A stretch of 33,611 nucleotides of DNA from Jimgerdemannia flammicorona. Lineage: Eukaryota. The position numbers were made by a program, and so were the translations under genes. The stretch is taken from the NCBI GenBank assembly GCA_003990765.1, contig RBNJ01000303.1:1-33611 (forward strand), in the 5' to 3' direction. Position 1 is the stretch's first letter. Every line of letters begins with the position of its first letter. Shown here in pieces: positions 23,705 through 31,943 of the stretch. The notes under the pieces are model-generated. The model was not told the origin of the DNA and ran no database searches. It was given only the letters and a program-made list of their open reading frames with translations.

Positions 23705-24189
23705 CTTGCCCCCTCCAGGGTCTCGCACTCACTCCAGGGCCTTGGCCTTACTCTGCTCCCCTCCACTGCCTTTGGCCCCTCACTTCACTCAGGCTTGCTG
23801 CGGCTCACTCTATTTCGGCCTCACCCCTCGCTTGTGCTCACCCCTCTGGGGTCTGCAGATGTTTTTTAATCTCAATTTGGATTTGTTTTGTGTTTGTTTG
23901 TGATTTTTATCCTGCAACTGGGATTGGCTCCCCTCTTATCTCCACCTATCTCCAGCAATCATGTGGTTCCTAATTTGGTTTGCCCCGAGTTGTGGCACAT
24001 CCTTCCTTTTGGGATGTCATATTTTATATATAAGGACCACATTTTTATGTAGCAATAAATGGCTGATGCAATTTTGGTTACATTCTTTGTTCATCCCCTT
24101 TATACATGTTTTTTCACATGTCTTCCATTTGCTTTGACACTGGCTCTGGGTTCACTCCCATGGCTCCTGCTGGGCCTTCCTCCTCCTCT
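23692..24189 (+). repeat. 5' pseudo-LTR of the PLE, containing TATA-like and AATAAA motifs and the ORF1 start
   Basis: Direct repeat of 27331-27831, with TATATAAGG at ~24027, AATAAA at ~24054 and ATG at 24118. Confidence 0.9.
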
Positions 24190-25320
24190 GCTGTACCATC
24201 TGCCCTCGGGGCCTCCATCCTCATCGACAAGGTTATGGATGAGGTTTCTTCTCCTCCTCCCCCTGCCTTCACCCCTGCTACTGTCTCATTTGAGGCTTAC
24301 GTCTCATCTACCATTCTCTCTCTCCCCCCTTCCGATCATCCACTCCTCTCCCAGTTTCGGTCAGTTCTTGCCCTCTCTGCCAAGGAGACTCATCTCTGCT
24401 GTGACATCGATGTTATTGCTCTGCCTGCCATTTGCTATTCCATTCTCCCTGAGGCCTACCACCAAGCTCTCTCTGAAGAGATTCATGCTGCCACTGCCAC
24501 CACCAAGCTTGCTACTGCTGATGCTGCTACTGCTTCCGCTGCTACTACCTCCGCCTCTTTCCAACATGCCTGTGCTGCTTTCATAGCCTTTACCTCCTCT
24601 TGCCTCTCAGATGCTGCTCTTTTCTGTGGCTTCACCATCCATGAAGTTCCTTCTGTCGCCACTGACATTGATGCTGTATGTCATTTCCTCCTTGCCAGCA
24701 CTTCCTTCGTTGCTCGTCTTCACAAGTAGGAGATGTCTTATGCCACCACTTCTGCTCGCACCACCGCCACTGCTCCCCTACCTGCCTCTCCTGAGGTTTC
24801 AGTCTCTGAGGCCATTTGTGCTAAGGCTCACACTGCCGCTCATGCTGAGGTCCATTCCTTTGCCACCACCGCTGCCAAGGCCCCCTCCAAGACCCCTGCC
24901 AAGGCCCCTGCTAAGCCCAACCAGGCTTTGTCGGCCTCTTCTTGGTCCCCCTCCCCCACCAAGGCTTCCTCCTCTATTCCCTCCACTCCTAAGCATGGCC
25001 ACCAACTTGGTTCTCACCCTGTCAGGACCTGGCCTTATGCTGTCTGCTCCAGTCACCTCCACTGTACCTACTGGCACCCAGCCAAGTCCATCTGTCCCCA
25101 TGGTGGCATTCCTTGCACTGCTGCCCCTTTGGCTGCTCACTTGCCTTCGGCTTCCTCTGCCGGCTCCTCCTCTGCCTCCTCCACCCATGCCCCTGAATGT
25201 AAGGACTGCATGAAAGCCTGTAGCTGCAAGGTCTGGTACTCTGACAGGGTGTGCTCCCATTCGTCAGCTTCGCCACCTTCAAAAAAAGTCAGAGGGAAGG
25301 GGAAGGCCTCTTACTCTTAA
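24118..25320 (+). pseudogene. PLE ORF1 (~400 codons; Ala/Ser/Pro-rich with a Cys/His-rich C-terminal part), one premature TAG
   Basis: ORFs 24106-24729 and 24733-25320 share a frame and are separated only by TAG at 24727 (probable CAG). Cys/His clusters are CSSHLHCTYWH...CPH and HAPECKDC...C.C. Confidence 0.7.
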
Positions 25321-25406
25321 ACTTCCCCCTGGCATGGTTCTCTCCCAGTGTCCCCATCCCTTCTCGGATCCCATTGTCACTTCTGGTGCACCCTGAGTAG
25401 TTCCTC

Positions 25407-27335
25407 ATGTTGACCCCCCTTTGTCTTTCCCAGTTGCTTGTCCTGAACTTTTGGGTTTATTCTTCTCTTGAAACACTTTTGTCTCCTCCTTTTTCTTTGG
25501 CTGACTGTCCTCTTTCTCCTCTTCAAGTCTTTGCCTTATCCTTGGGACCTTGCTTCATTTTTCCTGTGACTCCCTCACAATTTTCCTTTACTGATCCGGC
25601 TTGTCTCACACATTTTCATCATGCTCTTGACCTTGCCATCTTCTTCAAAGATTGTGATGAGATGCCCTCTTGCTATTTTGTTCCCAGCGATTGGGTCCCC
25701 CCTCCCAATGTCTCTTCAAACTGCGTATTCCTCGACATAGCTTGCTCGCTGTCTGTTCCCAGATGTGCTCACTCTTGTTTGGTTTCGGACCATGCCATGC
25801 GTATCATGCTTAAATTGGTCAAGCAATTGCCTATGCATTTGCTCACAGTCACTGATAAGAATCAGGGTTTTGCACTTATTCCTAAGTTGCTCTACCTTGA
25901 TGGCCTTTCTGCCCTCCTTCAAGCTGTGGCTTATGAGCCTAGCGCTCTTGGATTGGATGAGGTTCTCACTCTTCTTTGGGCTTCTCTGGCTCATGCCAGA
26001 TCACTTTTGGATTCCCCATTTACAAATCCCATTTTTAACTTCTTTCAGGACTCTTTGTCCTCTTTGGACATTTGTCTTCTGATCTTCTATGTTCTTTCTA
26101 AAGTTCACAAGCCTACTTTGGCTTAGTGTCCCATTACGGCTGCTTATAATTCCCCCACTACTGAGATTTCAAAGTGGTTATCCCACTTCTTTCTCTCTTG
26201 GATAGCTCTTTTACAACACTGTCTTGGGCCTGAGTATACTATTCTTCATGATACTTAGGAGCTCGCCCTTCTCTGCTCCACCATTGTGCCTGTTCACCAT
26301 TTTTCCCATTTGGTCTCTGGTGATTTTTCCTCCTTCTACACTGCTATTCATTTTGATGAGATCGATGATTGCCTTTGTTTCCTGGGTTCCATTGCCTTTC
26401 CTTTGGACTCTCTGGTCTCGTTGGCTTCTATTGTTGAGCTTATGCTCCTCGTCTGTGGCTCTAATTACTTTGAGTCAGCCCTTGGCTCTTTTCACCAGAC
26501 TTCTGATATTGCCATGGGAACGAATTGTGCCCCTATCCTTGCCAACCTTGTTGGCCTGGCCCATGAGCTTCATGCGATATGTGATCCTTCTTCACCTCTT
26601 TCCATCACATTCCAGGCTGGAGATATCTTCTTTTGCCGATACATTGATGACTTTATTGTCCTTGCTGTTACTGGCATTGATATCTCTAGTGTTTTTTCAG
26701 GTGTCTACCCTCTCCATCATTCTATTACTTGGGTGTATGGTATGACTAGTATTCTCTTTTTGGACCTTTCCATTTCTCTTTCTCCTTTTCGAACTATTGT
26801 CTATTCTCATTTTCCATGTTCTCAACAGTTCTCTGACTTCCTGTCCAATCATCCTCATCACACTCTTCTTGAATGTATTCATAGTGAGGCTTGTTGTCTT
26901 GCATTATGCTGCTCTCATCATTCTGATTGAGTGTCTGCTGTTTGGGTTCTTGGCAACTTCATGGTCTATCGACATACCTATCCAATTTCTATCATTCATG
27001 ATCTGCTTGCTTCTGTTGAATGGTCTGTTGTTCATTCTTCCCTTCTCTCTCCTCTTTATCCCTCTTCCCTTCCCTCCCTCCCCCCTTATCCTCTCCATAC
27101 CCTCTCTTCTTTCCTGCCCCCGATTCTTGTCGTACCATTTGATCATGCTCGCTGGGTTGCTCAATGCCCTGATACCATCCTGCACTCTTCTCTTTCATGC
27201 TATGGACTTTCATCTCTTTCTTGATGCTCTCTGATCACTTGTTCATGTCTTCCTTCTGTTTCTTCTTTAATCCATCGCTCTCATTTTGCATTTTCGTCAC
27301 CTTCTGGTACCTCCAGCTTTGCTAGAGAGAATTAA
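25407..27335 (+). pseudogene. PLE reverse transcriptase ORF2 (~640 codons), four in-frame stops, no frameshift
   Basis: LSLGPCF, TDKNQGFALI, FYVLSKVHKP...PI, GDFSSFYTAI, NYFE...FHQTSDIAMGTNCAPILANL, RYIDD (YIDD 26640-26651), FLDLSI and the thumb SNHPHHT...SEA...CS. Stops at 26124, 26256, 26928 and 27222 are each explicable by C>T/G>A. Terminal TAA at 27333-27335. Confidence 0.9.
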
Positions 27336-27831
27336 AAAACATCCTTGCCCCCTCTGGGGTCTCGCACTCACTCTGGGGTCTTGGCCTTACTCCGCTCCCC
27401 TCTACTGCCTTCGGCCCCTCACTTCGCTCAGGCTTGCTGTAGCTCGCTCTGTTTCGGTCTCACCCCTTGCTTGCACTCACCCCTCTGGGGTCTGTGGATG
27501 TTTTTTAATCTCGATTTGGATTTGTTTTGTTTGTATTTGTTTGTGATTTTTATCCTACAACTGAAATTGGCTCCCCTCTTATCTCCACCTATCTCCAGTG
27601 GTCATGTGGTTCCTAATTCAGTTCGCCCTGAGTTGTAGCACATCCTCCCTTTTGGGATGTCATATTTTGTATATAAGGACTACGTTTTTACATAGCAATA
27701 AATGGCTGATGCAATTTCGGTTATGTTCTTTGTTCATCCCCTTTATACACACTTTTCCACATGTCTTCCGTTCACTTTGACACTGGCTCTGGGTTCGCTC
27801 CCATGGCTTCCACTGGGCCTTCCTCCTCCTC
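27331..27831 (+). repeat. 3' pseudo-LTR of the PLE
   Basis: Direct repeat of 23692-24189, ending in the first ~24 codons of ORF1. Confidence 0.92.
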
Positions 27832-28510
27832 AACTTTCTTGCTAGTATTCAAGCTTACTTCACTTAGAATACTTCTTATAATCAAAGCTAAATATAACTA
27901 TAAAATCCATCAAATAGACATTAAAATAGCCTTCTTAAATAGTGATGTAGATATAGAGCTATATATCTATTACCTATAAAGATATAAACTATATGATGAT
28001 AGAAATAAGCTCATATATAAATTATATAAAGGTCTCTATAATATTAAATAAGCAGTAAGACTGTGAAATCAAAAAAATCAACAAATATCTCTTAGACAAT
28101 AGATTTAAATATTATAAAGCTGATTTATATATATATACCTAGCATATATTCTCAGAAATAATATATCTAGACATTTGGATCAATAATATCATTTTAGTTA
28201 GAACAACAAGTGAGATTAATAATATAAAGATAATACTATATTAGAAATTCAAGATGATAGATATAAGTAATACATCCTATCTTCTTGAAATATTAATTAT
28301 ATATAACAGATATGAATATACTATATATCTATCATAAGTTATATATATTTAGACTATATTTGAATAATTTGATATATGTAAGTAAATAAAAATCTATCAG
28401 AATATCTATGGAGATATCTATAAGACTAAAGAAGTTTAGTGATACTATATCTAAAGATAATAATATTCTCTATTGGTAAGCTGTGAGATCTCTTATATAT
28501 ATATATATAT
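27832..28510 (+). mobile_element. Hypermutated Ty1/Copia reverse transcriptase fragment
   Basis: TFLLVFKLTSLRILL...KIHQIDIKIAFLNSD matches Copia TFSPV...HQMDVKTAFLNG, KGLYNIK*AVRL matches LYGLKQA, and YW*AVRSLIY matches YRxAVGSLMY. The fragment is truncated at both ends by other elements. Confidence 0.88.
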
Positions 28511-28627
28511 TGTGACATACACAATTGACAATAGAGTACCGGTGATTGCTAAGATCAGATGACATAATGGCGTGACAATCAAATAGACAGCCTGACCCAT
28601 TAGGTGATTATCCCAAAAGAAGACAAG

Positions 28628-29704
28628 ATGACCCAAGCCAAAATGAAGACCACATTATTTAAGGAACCATACTCCGCCTCAGGGATCGGCACCAAAGAAC
28701 CAAGTACCCACCATACAATGCCTCCCATTCGCCAAACCAACCAGACCTCCCACCGCTCTACCCCTTTGCCTGGCCCAAAAACCCTGATCTTTGAAGCTAT
28801 CAAGAAGGCCATCTGGTGCCCAGATACTTCCGAACACTTGAACTTCTATACCGAGGACCTTGGACACTTCATCAACTACTGGTATATAATGACCCAACAG
28901 CTCAAAGACACTACCGAACAAATGACCCTCTGGTATGACTATGAAATCGGACACTGCCTTCGCAATGAGACTCAAGAAGGCGACCAGGAAGACCTCATTG
29001 CCGAAATGTTAACCACCAGCCAGCTAATCAAGAGAGCCCTCCGTGTCCATCAAATCTTCCACCATATTCCCTGGGCTATAGCACACTTGCAAGGAGTAAC
29101 AGCTGGCAGCCTCTCCCACCTTTCAACTGAAGATGCTGACTGGATAGAATCTGAAGTAGCCAATGCTATTGGCAGCAACTGCATCAATGTAGGAAGCCAA
29201 CAAACCGAACCTACTCAGCCAGGTTTCCACACCACCCCACTCTGAGACAACCATCAAGGTCACCTAATGAGTCTTATGGAGATATTCGAAGGACCGCCCA
29301 TCACTGTAGAGGCACCCGTTGGAGCTACCCCAACCACCCACCACCCTGTTAGCCACAATTCACACCTCATCATTTGGGAACTGAATCAAGAAAAAGCCCA
29401 AGAAGTTCCTGTCCTTGAAGAGGAGGTCCAAGAACTCCAAGACCCTGCCCCTGAAGAAACCCCCTCTGACACTGAAACTGATGAGCCTTCAGAAGAAGAA
29501 GAGGAGCAACAGAGAGTCTACCAGTCCTCTGTCCGCATTCAAGCTGTTCAAGGGTTGGAGAATGTTGTTGAAGATGACTGGCCACTTTTCTACCCCCTCA
29601 CCTCTTGGCCGGCACTTCCCCCCTTTGAGGAGAGATATGATGAAGAAGAAATCACAACCCAGCAAGATTTGCCCGCCACGGACGAAGGGTACTATTTCCT
29701 CTAG
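28628..29704 (+). pseudogene. LTR-embedded accessory ORF (~330-360 aa; helical N-terminal domain, acidic C-terminus), one premature TGA
   Basis: ORFs 28604-29245 and 29267-29704 are in one frame, split only by TGA at 29243 (probable CGA). Candidate starts are 28628 or 28718 (MPPIR). Confidence 0.72.
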
Positions 29705-29732
29705 AGTACCGCCCATCAGCCATGAGAACCCA

Positions 29733-29945
29733 TCTTTTGTCAGCAAGTCTGTTTCCAGCGTTGCTACCCAGTACCACTGTTTTCAGCATTTTGTCAGCAG
29801 GTCCGAATCCAGCATTGCCACCCTCCACAACTGCTTCTGGCAACAATCATCATATCATGTCAGCTCATCCGAATCCAGCGTTGCTACCCAGTACTACCAT
29901 TTTCAGCATTTTGTCAGCTCATCCGAATCCAGCATTGCTATCCCC
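29733..29945. repeat. Four related ~54-69-bp units (TGTCAGC...TCCAGCRTTGC) upstream of the TATA box, enhancer-like
   Basis: Repeated TGTCAGCNNNTCCGAATCCAGCRTTGCYAYCC blocks. Confidence 0.85.
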
Positions 29946-30108
29946 TATAACCCAATCCGTAGTAAACAATAGCCTGTACCTCGCATCGTGCAAGCCAATA
30001 GCATAGCGAAGTTCACCACAACATAGTATATCTTAGCCTTAGTTGCACCCCCTCCCCCATAGCTAGCAAACTTGTATAAATAACCCATATTCTTAGAGTG
30101 AATAAACC

Positions 30109-30505
30109 TCAGTCAACTGGTTTTGAGAAATAACCACTACCTCCAAGAGACCGGATAAATTCTGAGAACAAGATAACAACCTAGAGCAACAGATCGCTCA
30201 GAAGTTTGAGTTAAAGAATTTTCTCTTGCCACGGAAAGAAAACATTACCCGATCGCCGCCATTCGACCGCCATTCAAGACCCAAGACCCAGCCAAGGATT
30301 CAAGACCATGGACCGCCCGCAAATTCAGTCAATTGGTTTTGAGAAATAACCACTGCCTCCAAGAGACCAGATAAATTCTGAGAACAAGATAACAACCTAG
30401 AGCAACAGATCGCTCGGAAGTTTGAGTTAAAGAATTTTCTCTTGCCACGGAAAGAAAATGTTACCCGACCGCCGCCATTCGAGACCCAGCCAAGGATTCA
30501 AGACT
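30109..30505. repeat. Tandem duplication with a 216-bp period in the R/U5 part of the family B LTR
   Basis: TCAGTCAAYTGGTTTTGAGAAATAACC...CGCCGCCATTCGA begins at both 30109 and 30325. Confidence 0.92.
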
Positions 30506-31048
30506 ATGACTGCTGTGCATTCAGACCGCCATTCGGACTGCCATTCGAGATTCAAGACCCAGAAACCCAAGGATACCCAGCCAAAAGATACAAGACTGCT
30601 GCCAAAGACCCAAACGACCTGCCAAGATACTCGAACGACCACCAGGAACTCTTCAAGTTAACAAGTCAAGACGGACGAGCAAGCCACCAACTTCTGTTTT
30701 TTTCCCCGACCTACTGCGCCACGGACCGCTTTAATTGACTGCATAAAGAGCAAGACCATCAAGACCGTCGCCGCATAAATTCAAGGTCGCCACATAAATT
30801 CAAGTTTGCCGTCAAGTTAATCACCGCCAGGAAACTTAGCCAGCATAATCGCCGCCCTTATCCACTAAACAATTGAGCCATCATTGAATGATCTCCCGCT
30901 ATTATTATCGCACGTTTTGAATGACCTGTCACGTGACCATCGATCCGCGAACATCACCAATGCCCTCAGATATACATCGCGCGCTTCACTAAGTGGCACA
31001 TTGAGCCATGCAGTCGAAGTTCATTATACATAACCCAACATCACATTT

Positions 31049-31065
31049 TGGGGGCTCAACTGGGA
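31049..31065 (+). promoter_or_regulatory. Primer binding site, tRNA-Pro type
   Basis: TGGGGGCTCAACTGGGA follows the LTR-terminal CA and resembles the tRNA-Pro PBS TGGGGGCTCGTCCGGGA. Confidence 0.8.
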
Positions 31066-31943
31066 AAGTTTTCAAAAGACTTGACCATTTGGCTCAAGAA
31101 CCCAGCTATCTACAGTGGAGAACTTAGCAGGACCAAGTCAGCAACCAAACCAGGGGCAGCAACAGCCCTCCTCAGCAGAAAAGAAAGCCCACACCCTTGT
31201 CAGAACAGTAGCCAGGACCCTACTCAACACCAGTAGCCAGAAAACCGAATCAGAAGAAAGAAGTGACCCAGATTATGGTTTGACTTCAAGAGAAAGGAGA
31301 CAACTCAGAGGGCAACCAGAACCGCCCCTTCAGATTCAAGACTTAGGCCAAGAAGAAGAAGAGGATATCCCCGAGGAGTATCAGACCCTTATCCATAGGA
31401 AGAACTCAGACAGAAGTGGCTACATAACTACTGTTGTTACTCGAGTTACTCCACTAGACCAGGTATACTTTGAAACATCAGAAGGAGAAGAGGACAACCA
31501 TCCATATCAACCAGAGCAAGACGACGATTGGGGATCAGACCATCAAAGGGACGAATTCAACCTATACATACTATTATCCAGACAGCGACACTGACCCACA
31601 ATAAGGCAAACAAGACTTCACTACTTCACAACAGCAAGGGGCAGATAAACTCACTATCCGTTATATCAGTCCACTCCCACCATCAGTTGCTCGAACTTCA
31701 GTACCCTGGTCACTCACACCTCGCCACTATCACCAGTCTATCAGAAGATCTCCACCACTACCCAGGACTTCAACCCCAGCATTAATTAGAAGAGCCAGAT
31801 TACCCTCACCCTCACCAAGACACCGCCCTCTGCCAGTACCACTAGATCATCAAGTACTAGCACCACCACCTTCCCCACCACCCTGAGGATCTACCAGAAC
31901 CCCTACCCCTGAACAATACTCAGATAGTGAAGACGAGCCAGAC

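Larger units (their letters stand above)
23370..27831 (+). mobile_element. Penelope-like element (PLE) lacking a GIY-YIG endonuclease, with two ORFs, pseudo-LTRs and an inverted 5' arm
   Basis: PLE-type RT. A ~500-bp direct repeat (23692-24189 and 27331-27831) and an inverted ~335-bp arm (23370-23704). No RNase H, integrase, tyrosine recombinase or GIY-YIG motif is seen. Confidence 0.85.
28511..31045 (+). repeat. Putative 2535-bp 5' LTR of family B
   Basis: TGTGA...TCACA inverted termini, TATAAATA at ~30075, AATAAA at 30101 and a PBS 3 nt downstream. The partner LTR is not in the window. Confidence 0.65.

Noticed and set aside
24055..24085. Hammerhead or HDV-like ribozyme in the pseudo-LTR (CTGATG...)
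   Set aside because: All three copies read CTGATGC, not CTGANGA, with no downstream GAAA. I could not build an HDV pseudoknot by eye, though a covariance-model search is still advisable.
23261..24586. Short repeated ORFs (MADAIS/LVTFFV..., MFFNLDLDLF...) as a small gene family
   Set aside because: They are alternative-frame translations of the three pseudo-LTR copies.
23370..27831. DIRS-type element, suggested by the terminal inverted repeats
   Set aside because: The RT motifs are PLE-type and no RNase H or tyrosine recombinase is present.
28628..29704. env gene
   Set aside because: No signal peptide, transmembrane helix or furin-type site is visible.
31115..31785. Independent genes between the PBS and gag
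   Set aside because: These are low-complexity P/Q/E-rich frames without a clear ATG, more likely a disrupted gag N-terminal extension or leader.
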